Shown here: positions 28,222-36,838 of the stretch, one piece after another
Position numbering within the stretch: position 1 is the stretch's first letter
Layout of the letters: each line of letters begins with the position of its first letter
Virus record (IMG/VR): IMGVR_UViG_3300011013_000001
Coordinates: 1 to 64,000 of that record
DNA from: a virus
Length of the DNA stretch: 64,000 nt
Strand: one strand, 5' to 3'
Position numbers and translations under genes: made by a program
Notes under the pieces: generated by a model
Told to the model about the DNA's origin: nothing
The model's input: the letters and a program-made list of their open reading frames with translations, nothing else
Database searches by the model: none

Positions 28222-30177
28222 TTAGCAATGGAATAGAGTATCGTGCGCTACCACTTTCACGTGCTTCGGCATGATTTTCAGTTCACTCTTGACTACCCCT
28301 TTGTCTTCGGGAATTGGTAGCGGCGCTTCGGTGATAATATAATCATCAATGATAACTATTATTTGTTCACGGTTAGCGCCTGCTCCTGCTTTAGTTAGAG
28401 TGAGTGTAATAGGTTCGTTGTAATCGTGTTCACGGTTAGTGCGGAACTCGTGCCATAGTAGCGGGTCAGACACGATAATTCCCATTGATAACTCGTATTC
28501 TACTTTACCTTCAACTATTAAGGCAGCATTACGGCTACCACCAAAGGGTACTTGCTCCTTAGATTTGCCTTCATGTAGCCCACTCGCTACCCTGCTCTCG
28601 GCTAAATCGTTACCGCGCACTGTGTAGTGAGTAGTAGTATTATTATTCCCTGTTAGATTGAAGTTAGTAACTTGGGCCATAGTTTGCCCGAACGCAGTAA
28701 TTGACCCGTTATAGAACATGAACGGTTTTTCAGTATTAGGAGCGATACCTGCTTCCTTGCGTTCTTTCAGCCCGCTACCTGTATTCTCAAACATACGATG
28801 AGCGGTATAACGGTCTCCCGGAGTTCCGTCAGTTTCCAGCCGGCCTGTGTCGGTGTAACAGTGAAGTGCATCAAAATTGATAGTCATTTTTGCCTCAGCG
28901 TCAGCGTCAGCAGTGAGCGACCAATCCTTGACCTTGCATCCTTTCCAAACGCGCGTCAGTTGCTTACTGTCGTTCGCTCCGCCGGGCACGTTCGCGGTCT
29001 GCTCGCCGCTGTACGACCCTACATCACGAGTACGCATAGAAGCCTCAAGTGAGAACGATGGTGTATGCCAGCCTGAGAACAGCATGCGTGACACGCGATT
29101 GGTTATGTTACCAAAAGCAGCATCAGTTGTAACAAAGTCAGGCGAACCGTTACCCGCAGCATTAGCGAACTCTAAATGAATCAGGACCTTGCCTGTATCA
29201 TGGTCAAAATTGAACGGGTCATCTACGTATATCCTGCTATCAGCCGCTACTGTCGTATCAATAGCAATAACACGGCGAACTTCGTTAGTCTCGGTGAGGC
29301 TGAATGCTGTCTCTGAGCCTGTCCAAGTAGTACCCGCCGCTGGGTCTTGTCTATCGGTAGGGATTAGAGCAGTGTCAGTATCAACTACTTGAACATAATC
29401 GCCGACCGCTAGTGCTCCGAAACTGTTTACAGTAGTATTGGATTCAATATAATTGTCACCCATAGCGATAGTCTTAGCGGTAGCAGTTAGAGTCGTCGCC
29501 CCGGTGAATGCTGTCATATCAGTAGTAGCCTCATTACCAAGCGCGTAGTATAACCACCGCGCGCTGTGCATCATAGTCTCAAGCGAACCTCCTTCATTGG
29601 AAAACCTTTGAGGGACCTGTACCACTACGTCTCGTCCTACACCTACAACATGGCTACGGAGTAGTTCAACTTTAGTCTCCGGTAGCGTGATAGAAGCCGC
29701 CAAACCGACAAATTGGTCGGTGAGCACGCTTTCATCGCTTGTTGCAGCATTTGAGTTGTAAGTAGTACCGCTAGCATCAGGGGCAGGACAAGCGAGAGCG
29801 TCAATGACGAGAGAATCACCAGCAGCGCTTCCTGTTGTACCTGCGAGGGCAGGGGTGACCTGAATAGTCGCATCTTCGTTCGCTACAATCGTATACAGGC
29901 GACCTGTTTTAGTGTAATCGTCAGGCTCGTAATTGTTACCATCAGCACTCAGCACGCGCAGCATACAACCTACAAGCATTCCCACAGGATACTCAAGAGT
30001 CTGACCGGCGCTAAAGAGTCCGGCAGTCGCTCCTGTGAACGTGATAGTAGACACGCTTCCTGACGTAGTATGACCCCAACCAAGACCGCCTGTAAAATGA
30101 CCGTGTGTTAACACAATTCCGCTTTCGTGACCGAAAGTTACCTCTGATAAATCACCTTTGTATACTGTTGATGGCAT
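28222..30177 (-). CDS. major tail protein (tube- or sheath-class, large)
   Basis: 651-aa ORF between the connector genes and the chaperone/TMP genes. Function assigned by position and size; no separate tube gene follows. Confidence 0.55.
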   Translation of the reverse strand: MPSTVYKGDLSEVTFGHESGIVLTHGHFTGGLGWGHTTSGSVSTITFTGATAGLFSAGQTLEYPVGMLVGCMLRVLSADGNNYEPDDYTKTGRLYTIVANEDATIQVTPALAGTTGSAAGDSLVIDALACPAPDASGTTYNSNAATSDESVLTDQFVGLAASITLPETKVELLRSHVVGVGRDVVVQVPQRFSNEGGSLETMMHSARWLYYALGNEATTDMTAFTGATTLTATAKTIAMGDNYIESNTTVNSFGALAVGDYVQVVDTDTALIPTDRQDPAAGTTWTGSETAFSLTETNEVRRVIAIDTTVAADSRIYVDDPFNFDHDTGKVLIHLEFANAAGNGSPDFVTTDAAFGNITNRVSRMLFSGWHTPSFSLEASMRTRDVGSYSGEQTANVPGGANDSKQLTRVWKGCKVKDWSLTADADAEAKMTINFDALHCYTDTGRLETDGTPGDRYTAHRMFENTGSGLKERKEAGIAPNTEKPFMFYNGSITAFGQTMAQVTNFNLTGNNNTTTHYTVRGNDLAESRVASGLHEGKSKEQVPFGGSRNAALIVEGKVEYELSMGIIVSDPLLWHEFRTNREHDYNEPITLTLTKAGAGANREQIIVIIDDYIITEAPLPIPEDKGVVKSELKIMPKHVKVVAHDTLFHC

Positions 30178-30188
30178 GCTCTCTCCCT

Positions 30189-30629
30189 CTATGCGATAAG
30201 TTCACTGAATATGACTATTTCGATTTGAAACGTGAATCTGTGCAATTGTTTGCTCCTATCTGACAAATCAGTACGCGTTTTATACAACAGTCTGTCGAAG
30301 TTCGCTCCGTCACCTTTCCGCTTAGAATGCACGATTCTGCGAACTTCATCTTCCATCTTCATCATCCTGTCACGACCGCGCACGGTACGCACGTCTACCG
30401 TGACATTGATTCGCGTGTGCACGAAGTCGTAGAACACTTCGGGTTGTTCCTCGTTGTGCGCGGTCTCGTACAGGAACACGCCATCGTTGCGGTTTAGGTT
30501 GAACCTTTTACCGCGCCCTGCATCTAAGGTAGTGATGTCGGTTATGACAGGCTTAACTTGGTCTGTGTTTGCCCTGTTCCAGTTATCGTCAAGGATACCG
30601 CGGATTAGTTCAACGGATTCTGTCGCCAT
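30189..30629 (-). CDS. putative tail terminator / head-tail joining protein
   Basis: The ORF track gives 30189-30653. I prefer the ATG at 30629 (MATESVELIRG), 2 nt after the stop of the mini-ORF. Size and position fit a tail completion protein. Confidence 0.5.
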   Translation of the reverse strand: MATESVELIRGILDDNWNRANTDQVKPVITDITTLDAGRGKRFNLNRNDGVFLYETAHNEEQPEVFYDFVHTRINVTVDVRTVRGRDRMMKMEDEVRRIVHSKRKGDGANFDRLLYKTRTDLSDRSKQLHRFTFQIEIVIFSELIA

Positions 30630-30631
30630 AA

Positions 30632-30742
30632 TCACGCACAGCCCATTTTGCACATACCAGCCTTGTCTAACTTACCATCTTTACACTTAGGACAATCTTT
30701 TGCCTTTAGCAAATCCCAAGCATAGTTTAGCGGTTTACTCAT
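30632..30742 (-). CDS. 36-aa mini zinc-ribbon protein carrying the AW..LK tag
   Basis: Own translation: MSKPLNYAWDLLKAKDCPKCKDGKLDKAGMCKMGCA. The ATG overlaps the last codons of the upstream gene (AATGAGTAA). Below the ORF-track cutoff. Confidence 0.5.
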   Translation of the reverse strand: MSKPLNYAWDLLKAKDCPKCKDGKLDKAGMCKMGCA

Positions 30743-31877
30743 TTCTTGCGCCCCCTTGTTGTTGCGCTAAAGTGCGCAGTGCTTCAAACTTGCGTTGCAT
30801 ATCTTCTTTCAACACCATCCACGCAATGTCCATTGGCTCACCGGCCAATTTAGTGTCCCAATCGTAAGGCTGGTCAAACGCGCGCTCTTCTTGGACTTCT
30901 TGTTGAGGGGGGAAATCGTCTCGATGAATGCGCGTAGTGCCTGACACATTGTCCCACAAATCACGCGCCCCTTGCTTGAATCCACCCCACTTCTGCGCGG
31001 CCAAATCCTTCCAATTTTGCGTTCTGTCATAGTCCGTATTCCACGTCTGAAAGCGCCCAAGTGCATTGTCTATAGCCTGCTGCTTCTCTTCTGCGGAACG
31101 ATAAACAGTGCCTTCTTGATGGAGATTGCGTAATGCTTCTTCTGCCAATCCATGAAATCGTTCATCAATCCCCTTATTGTTCAAGACCCCACTCCATTCA
31201 TCATAATCCTTATCTGAAATAGTGTGAGATTCAGGCATGTCCTTATCGGCTGGCGGTAAATACTCGTTTTCGGCACTCATTCTTTGGACCCAACGAGTGG
31301 GGCCACCTGCACCTGCTCGCGCAGCCATGCTCGCTGCTTGAGGATGAATGGTTTTTTGGTCATGACCCACTTCAGCCGTGCTGCGATGCCCACTCGGGTG
31401 CGCGATATTGAAATAACCTGTTTGACCATCACCAATATCAATCTCATTCGACGAACGCCCGCCCATATAATTTTGCGCAGGTTGCCTGTTGGCTGCTGTC
31501 CATTCGCTGCCCTTGCTATCATCTGTGAAGAACCCACCTTCACGTTCCACTTTCTCACGCGGTTTCATGTTCATGCGGTGGTCATACTGTGAATATCCCG
31601 GTTTTGTTAGCATAGCGTCTCGTCGCCGTTGAGCAACCATGTCGCGGTCTATTGACCCAAACTTGCCCGCTTCAGGGAATTGTTGGGGGTCAGGGTCACC
31701 CCCACCCATCACATTCTTGAATTGCGCAGGTTGGCCGTAACTGGAAAGATAATCCTTTGGTTGTTGCATAGCGTCTCTCATCGTGTCTTCGTTGCCCTCC
31801 GCAGATAGTGTAGCCGCAGGTTCCATCATATTCGGGTCGCCTTTCAGCACCGACCATGCCCGTTCTATAGCAGTCAT
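30735..31877 (-). CDS. disordered protein with the tag at both termini
   Basis: The ORF track starts at 32108, but that extension overlaps 31879-32145 and looks non-protein-like. The ATG at 31877 gives MTAIERAWSVLK. The C-terminus carries GEPMDIAWMVLKE. Confidence 0.75.
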   Translation of the reverse strand: MTAIERAWSVLKGDPNMMEPAATLSAEGNEDTMRDAMQQPKDYLSSYGQPAQFKNVMGGGDPDPQQFPEAGKFGSIDRDMVAQRRRDAMLTKPGYSQYDHRMNMKPREKVEREGGFFTDDSKGSEWTAANRQPAQNYMGGRSSNEIDIGDGQTGYFNIAHPSGHRSTAEVGHDQKTIHPQAASMAARAGAGGPTRWVQRMSAENEYLPPADKDMPESHTISDKDYDEWSGVLNNKGIDERFHGLAEEALRNLHQEGTVYRSAEEKQQAIDNALGRFQTWNTDYDRTQNWKDLAAQKWGGFKQGARDLWDNVSGTTRIHRDDFPPQQEVQEERAFDQPYDWDTKLAGEPMDIAWMVLKEDMQRKFEALRTLAQQQGGARNE

Positions 31878-31878
31878 G

Positions 31879-32145
31879 TCAAACCTTCTCCAACAATTCT
31901 TTGCCTGTTTGACTTGTAACACGCATTTGCATACGACCTCGCTGATAGATAGGTGCGAGTATGGATGGGTCAGTAATGACCTTGTCAGTTTCGGGGTCAA
32001 TGACACCAAGATTGTTGGCAGTGTAGCCAAATTGTGTAGCGCAAGCATTGAGAACGATGATTCCTTCGCCTGTGACACCCAATTCGGCCTCACGCGCTTG
32101 TAGAACAACTTCTTTCCAATCAGTAGTCATATTCATCACTCCCAT
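31879..32145 (-). CDS. hypothetical small protein (connector region)
   Basis: 88-aa ORF. Alternative ATGs at 32136 and 32130 lie closer to a GGGAGTGA SD. Confidence 0.5.
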   Translation of the reverse strand: MGVMNMTTDWKEVVLQAREAELGVTGEGIIVLNACATQFGYTANNLGVIDPETDKVITDPSILAPIYQRGRMQMRVTSQTGKELLEKV

Positions 32146-33776
32146 GGTGTTACTATTTCTACATAGCGCGGTAGCGTCTCGGCCACCTGTTGCTTAAGAA
32201 GTTGATATTTGCTACCCAAATCAATGTTCTGCGTTCCTTCAGGGAACAACACGCTCCGGTCGTCCGAAATCAGTAAATCCATAGCGACGAGTTTCGTACA
32301 AATATCTTCAATCGCTTTCTCCACGTACCGCTCGCCGTACACGTAAGACACCTTTATCGCATTCCATTGGAAATAGGGGTAAGAGTTGTTGAAATAAATG
32401 ACACCTAACTCGTAATCGCACCACCAATCGCGCAATCGCGCTTCGTCCCCGGTAGTAGTCCCGACATAATCAATGAGGAACTTGTGCTGACCGACAGCCA
32501 CATCGTTAGCCATCGCAGCGCTGAACCCTGCGGGTACCAAATCGGTCACGCCTGTAAGGGTATTACCACTCTTGCCTGTATACTGAGCCGCTGTGATTGC
32601 AGCACCGGTGCCTGTATACATGATACCGAAATTAGCGAATGAAGAAGCGTCAGTTAGAGTAAGCGACCCGCCGGCAACCGCTCCGGTAGCGGTAGTAGCG
32701 AGCGTAGTCAGTCCGCTGACGGTGATACCATTTTCGTTAGTAGTAGCAATTGTAGCGTTCTCTCCGCCATCACCGCGCCTCATTGACGTCAATTTCATTT
32801 TCCCGCCACCGTAGTCTGCATTGGCTGATGAAAGGAACTCGTGATGCACGTTAGCAGTTTGCAGACCACCGGCCACCGCATCAGTTTCAAGAGTAAATGA
32901 AGGGGAGAATGCCACGCCTGACTTGTTCCTGCGCGCATCTTTGTTAATCAAATCCGAAAGATTGGAGATGCTTGATTCGTTGTCAAAATCCGCTCGCCAT
33001 TGTCCAGCGCTTGTCCCTACTTGGAGTGACGCTACGCCTCCATCACCGGGACACAGGTAAACGTAGTCGTTCGCTCCGAGAACACTGTTGTCTATAATTT
33101 GAAGCCTACATTCCGCCGCTCCAAGTTCTCTATATTCTTGCCCTTGCCAAATCTCAAGCCGAACTACTTGCTGAACATTTCTGTACAAAAGCGGTGTAGT
33201 CCCCACATAATCGGTATAGTACCTGCGCCTGTACGGTTTGTAAGTATCAAAGTTCTTGAACTCGGCAGTTTGTAACATAGGCCGCCACGCATTGTTGCAC
33301 AGGTTGTCAATTTTGTCCTGAGCGCGCCGGATTAGGTGCTGAACAGCAGCCTTAGTCACTCCGCGCCGCTTACCGTTGGTGAACGATTGGAGGTTTTGCA
33401 GAGTAGCGTTATCCGCTGTATTGTGTGTACCGGTAAGCGAGTAGTCATCTACTCCTACTACGCCTACTGCCGAATCCACTAAATTGAACCTAACATTACC
33501 AGCGCTTAGAACCACGCTACCAATGAATGCCGATTCTGCTAAAGACGCGTCACCGAGAATCTCAATCTCGTCACCCGCTTCGTAACCCGTTTGCCTGAAA
33601 TCAATCGGGCTAATTTCCACGTAAGTTTGAGCAGCGGGGGCGTCGGCGCTCAATAAATCAGGGTCAGGAAACTGAACTTGGAGAAAATCCGCTACTTTTT
33701 GCGGTGAAGTATACACTGTGGCGTCAGGGTCAATAGGCTGAGGGGGCCGCTCACCGGGCTGAAACACTACGGGCAT
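32136..33776 (-). CDS. putative head-tail adaptor/connector protein with large insertion
   Basis: 546-aa ORF between the capsid and tail modules. Function assigned by position only. Confidence 0.45.
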   Translation of the reverse strand: MPVVFQPGERPPQPIDPDATVYTSPQKVADFLQVQFPDPDLLSADAPAAQTYVEISPIDFRQTGYEAGDEIEILGDASLAESAFIGSVVLSAGNVRFNLVDSAVGVVGVDDYSLTGTHNTADNATLQNLQSFTNGKRRGVTKAAVQHLIRRAQDKIDNLCNNAWRPMLQTAEFKNFDTYKPYRRRYYTDYVGTTPLLYRNVQQVVRLEIWQGQEYRELGAAECRLQIIDNSVLGANDYVYLCPGDGGVASLQVGTSAGQWRADFDNESSISNLSDLINKDARRNKSGVAFSPSFTLETDAVAGGLQTANVHHEFLSSANADYGGGKMKLTSMRRGDGGENATIATTNENGITVSGLTTLATTATGAVAGGSLTLTDASSFANFGIMYTGTGAAITAAQYTGKSGNTLTGVTDLVPAGFSAAMANDVAVGQHKFLIDYVGTTTGDEARLRDWWCDYELGVIYFNNSYPYFQWNAIKVSYVYGERYVEKAIEDICTKLVAMDLLISDDRSVLFPEGTQNIDLGSKYQLLKQQVAETLPRYVEIVTPWE

Positions 33777-33779
33777 TTA

Positions 33780-34889
33780 TCATTCACCTCTTCGTGGTGG
33801 CCCTCTTCGTGGTTGTACTCTAACACCACCGCGCCTGCCACTGCGAGTGGGTCTCGCTCTTGTAGATTGGGTAATAGGCGGTTTATTTTGTCCTTCATTC
33901 CATTCCGCGCTTCGCAGTGCTTGTCGTACCCCCTCAAGTTTTTCCATAAAATCAGGGTCCGCTTCCCGTTCTTCGTCTGACATACTGTCATATTGTTGCG
34001 CCATCGGGATATACACATTTCTGAGTTCATCGGTAGACATATTAGCGTAGGTATTCGGTTCACTCCTTTCTGCGCCTTCTGTGAAATAATCTCCCGCTTC
34101 TTCACCCATTTGTCTCGCCATTTCATTCAACTGTGATTCTTCCTCTTGGGCCTGCTGCTCTTTTTCTTCGGCCGGTCTTAGATGTTCTTCTAATTCGTCT
34201 GCGACAGTGCCTCCGCTACCGGTAATTTCTCTCCATGCTGACTCAAGGCTGGGTTCCGGCTCTTCTTCTTCTTCGTACCCGTGCGGTACTTCGGGCCTAT
34301 TTAGGTCCACTCCCACTCGCGAAAACATGTCCAAAAACGGTTGAGCGCCCCACTCGCGACCGAATCGCCTGTTTCGGCGCCGAACTTTCACCGAATCGCC
34401 TCGCATCTCCGGTTCTAATTCGTGCGGGTCGGGCATTTCAGCGCCTTCGCCCGCGAGTGCTTCATCGCGTTCAAATGGTTCTAATTCCGGCCTCATCTCT
34501 CTCTTGTCGGTAGGCACACGCTCGTAGTGGTCGGACGCTCCACCTTCATAGACAGGGTCCATCGCGTCCTTTGTTTCCTCATGCAATTCATCCCATTCTG
34601 CACCCTCCGGCATTCCGCCGAGGCGAGCCTTCGCATCACGCCGTTTTTGTTCCGCATCATGAAGGTCGTCTGCTATCTTATTTTGCTCGTCTATATCACT
34701 ACTGAACTCCGGCGGCATCGTGCCTTCCAAGCCTTCTATCCCACTGGTACGCGCTGCTTGATTCCTATGGCGCTTACGCGCAGAATGCGTAAGAGGTAGG
34801 TGGCTCATAGGAAATCGCTCTTTCTCACCCTCTTCGGGTGGGTCCGGCCACGCTTTAAGGAAATACCATGCAATATCTATTGGGTTCAT
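33780..34889 (-). CDS. highly acidic disordered protein with N-terminal MNPIDIAWYFLK tag and Arg-rich C-terminal tail
   Basis: 369-aa ORF with an ATGA overlap to the upstream gene. E/D/R-rich low complexity, ending RGGVRVQPRRGPPRRGE. Confidence 0.75.
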   Translation of the reverse strand: MNPIDIAWYFLKAWPDPPEEGEKERFPMSHLPLTHSARKRHRNQAARTSGIEGLEGTMPPEFSSDIDEQNKIADDLHDAEQKRRDAKARLGGMPEGAEWDELHEETKDAMDPVYEGGASDHYERVPTDKREMRPELEPFERDEALAGEGAEMPDPHELEPEMRGDSVKVRRRNRRFGREWGAQPFLDMFSRVGVDLNRPEVPHGYEEEEEPEPSLESAWREITGSGGTVADELEEHLRPAEEKEQQAQEEESQLNEMARQMGEEAGDYFTEGAERSEPNTYANMSTDELRNVYIPMAQQYDSMSDEEREADPDFMEKLEGVRQALRSAEWNEGQNKPPITQSTRARPTRSGRRGGVRVQPRRGPPRRGE

Positions 34890-35269
34890 TGGCTTTCCCC
34901 CGGCGGTAATCCGTGGGCCGCTCGCATCTGATTAAGCATAGCGGTATGACATTCTTCACAGATATTATCACCGTGCCATTCGTCTATAGCAGGATTCACA
35001 CGACATAAATCGCATACAGGCCCTTCCATCCGACTCTGCTGTCTTTGTCGCCCTTGCTCTTGTTGCAGTTTACGCCACATAGAAGCCTGCTCATCGGCTC
35101 TACTCTTGTCTTCTTCATTACCCCTATACGCTTGCTTAAGAAATAACCACGCTTTCTCCAACGGATAAGAACGATTGAACGCTTCACGATGCACAGCACA
35201 AAACTTCTCGTTAGGAGCGCATGCTGAATTACAACCCGGTGCCGTGCAGGTTTCCCACCCTTCGTTCAT
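34886..35269 (-). CDS. Zn-finger protein with internal PLEKAWLFLK tag
   Basis: 127-aa ORF with an N-terminal Cys/His cluster and a C-terminal CDLC...CEEC. Confidence 0.7.
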   Translation of the reverse strand: MNEGWETCTAPGCNSACAPNEKFCAVHREAFNRSYPLEKAWLFLKQAYRGNEEDKSRADEQASMWRKLQQEQGRQRQQSRMEGPVCDLCRVNPAIDEWHGDNICEECHTAMLNQMRAAHGLPPGESQ

Positions 35270-35547
35270 TGAGCATCCCTCACTGTACCTAAATTATAAT
35301 CCATCGGTTTATTGCACGCTCCACAGCGCTCAAGCCAACAGAAGTGTAGCATACCACAGTGAGCGCACCGTGTACCGCTCCCTATATCTACAATATCACG
35401 TAAGTTGCGTGTACGGGTCTGCTGTTTTTGGATAACGCCTTTCAGGGGGTCTTCTGAATCACTGACGCTGCCCGCGCCTACTGATTCCGCTTTTCGCCAT
35501 CCTTGCTGCTCCATGCGTTCAAGGTCTTGTACCGTGTAATGCGACAT
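35266..35547 (-). CDS. zinc-ribbon protein (CAHC...CGAC)
   Basis: 93-aa ORF. ATG preceded by GAGGTGttaa. Confidence 0.65.
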   Translation of the reverse strand: MSHYTVQDLERMEQQGWRKAESVGAGSVSDSEDPLKGVIQKQQTRTRNLRDIVDIGSGTRCAHCGMLHFCWLERCGACNKPMDYNLGTVRDAQ

Positions 35548-35710
35548 TTAACACCTCATGATGTAAATACCGTATAAACCTGCATGCCGCGGACGTTATT
35601 ATGCGTGACGTTGATAACCGTTTTACCGGCCATATACGCGTCGAGCGCGGTCTGTATAGTACTCGCTGAATCGCTTGGAGCGAATTGAAATACTTGGGAA
35701 GCGTTAACCA

Positions 35711-35725
35711 CGGGGTCTCACCCCG
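35711..35725 (-). terminator. GC hairpin CGGGGT-CTC-ACCCCG, 1 nt after the stop of 35727-35981
   Basis: Read directly. It opens the largest gap in the structural module (35548-35726). No U-tract follows, so terminator function is uncertain. Confidence 0.25.
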
Positions 35726-35726
35726 C

Positions 35727-35981
35727 TTATCGCCTGCCAATGGCTATCCATGTTCCAGTTTGACCACCGGCTGCGCTCGTAACCCCTACAGTAAGTGTGT
35801 TGTTACTTACTCGGGGAGCGTTCGCTGCGCTTGGGACCGCTCCGTCAGCGGTCGCAATAAACGACAAGATAGCGGAAAACTGACCACTAAGGTCAAGAGT
35901 GCCACCACCTGCTGTATAAGTGCCTGTTACTACATGGAAGTTACCCATTGTGCTTGTTCTTTCGTCTGCTGTCATCGCCAT
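35727..35981 (-). CDS. small Gly/Thr/Ala-rich beta protein (capsid-associated?)
   Basis: 84-aa ORF with a 1-nt overlap to the upstream gene. Confidence 0.55.
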   Translation of the reverse strand: MAMTADERTSTMGNFHVVTGTYTAGGGTLDLSGQFSAILSFIATADGAVPSAANAPRVSNNTLTVGVTSAAGGQTGTWIAIGRR

Positions 35982-36391
35982 TATTCATTCACCTCTATTT
36001 CTATTGGTTGTTCACTAGAGTCTAACTCTACTTGGGGCACAACGCTCTCGTTCATAGGCTCTTCGGTCGGTTCTTCGCTTTCAAGACCTAAAGTCTCTCC
36101 CACGAGTCCGAACAATTGCTTCTTTGTGAGACCGGCGCGCGCACGAATATCGTGCAGAGTTAGCCACTCGTAAATCTGTTGTCGTGTCCACCCATCGTCA
36201 GGCACCTCTCCTTCTACGGGAGGCACAGGCGACTCTGTATCATCGGTGATAACAAAATTGCTATCTTTGACAACACGCTGTCGGTTATCGTTCAGCCAAT
36301 CTTGCGTTACCTCTTGGGGGATACCGCGTAGGTATTCTCCAAAAGGCGTACGCTTAGTCGGCCAACGACCACGGTAGGTTACGGTAGGCAT
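35981..36391 (-). CDS. hypothetical protein with HeH/SAP-like helix-extension-helix segment
   Basis: 136-aa ORF. The segment WTRQQIYEWLTLHDIRARAGLTKKQLFGLV resembles Rho-N/SAP-type motifs often found near capsid genes. Confidence 0.55.
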   Translation of the reverse strand: MPTVTYRGRWPTKRTPFGEYLRGIPQEVTQDWLNDNRQRVVKDSNFVITDDTESPVPPVEGEVPDDGWTRQQIYEWLTLHDIRARAGLTKKQLFGLVGETLGLESEEPTEEPMNESVVPQVELDSSEQPIEIEVNE

Positions 36392-36402
36392 TCAATCCCA
36401 CC

Positions 36403-36810
36403 TCACGAGCAGATAATTGTGAACTCACCTGATACTACACCTAGTGCCGCCTCTACGAGGGTAATCACAAGACCTGATACACTGTTGCTGACAGCAATTG
36501 CTGTACCACCTGCATCTTCGGTCCATCCACCTTGACTTACACTGTGAATTGTGCCTACTTCACCGCTTAGGGTTAGTGTGTCTGCATCTGCGGCACCTGC
36601 CCACTGTACTGTGAGCATTTTTGTTCCACCGATGTAATCGTTTGTCCCGTCAGTCTGACGAGCGCTGAAAGGGGTCAGGCTACCGGGGTAGGAAGACCCA
36701 CCGCCGAGCCATGTTGTCCCATCGTCTGCTACACCGCCCATTCCTAGTTCCCACTGGAATCCGACGGCTGCTGTTCCGCTGCTTGCTGTTACTGTTATTG
36801 TTCCTGACAT
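36403..36810 (-). CDS. putative head decoration / auxiliary capsid protein
   Basis: 135-aa all-beta-looking G/T/S-rich ORF directly downstream of the major capsid gene. Confidence 0.45.
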   Translation of the reverse strand: MSGTITVTASSGTAAVGFQWELGMGGVADDGTTWLGGGSSYPGSLTPFSARQTDGTNDYIGGTKMLTVQWAGAADADTLTLSGEVGTIHSVSQGGWTEDAGGTAIAVSNSVSGLVITLVEAALGVVSGEFTIICS

Positions 36811-36838
36811 TTTTAATCAACTCCTAATATCTCCAACC

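Noticed and set aside
28222-30177. Calling the 651-aa protein a contractile tail sheath (myovirus)
   Set aside because: No tube-like gene follows it, and I recognise no baseplate wedge genes. The G/GT-TMP-Dit order fits a non-contractile tail, so the call is left generic.
31878-32108. N-terminal 77-aa extension of ORF 30735-32108
   Set aside because: The extension fully overlaps 31879-32145 and reads as non-protein-like (MFYKRVRPNWVSQAKESSFSMLALHNL...). The internal ATG at 31877 abuts the upstream stop and yields the tag MTAIERAWSVLK.
33767-34126. 119-aa alternative-frame ORF inside 33780-34889, and 34996-35199 inside 34886-35269
   Set aside because: They are nested in longer ORFs that carry the conserved tag and coupled starts. 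Their composition is implausible.
35519-35740. 73-aa minus-strand ORF spanning the 35548-35726 gap
   Set aside because: It overlaps both neighbours and is very basic with Arg/Ser/Leu bias. It begins inside the preceding gene and runs through the hairpin. An alternative 51-aa frame looks more protein-like, but neither is supported well enough to call.
35685-36173. 162-aa plus-strand ORF
   Set aside because: It is antisense to two coupled minus-strand genes and has Cys/Ser-rich shadow composition.
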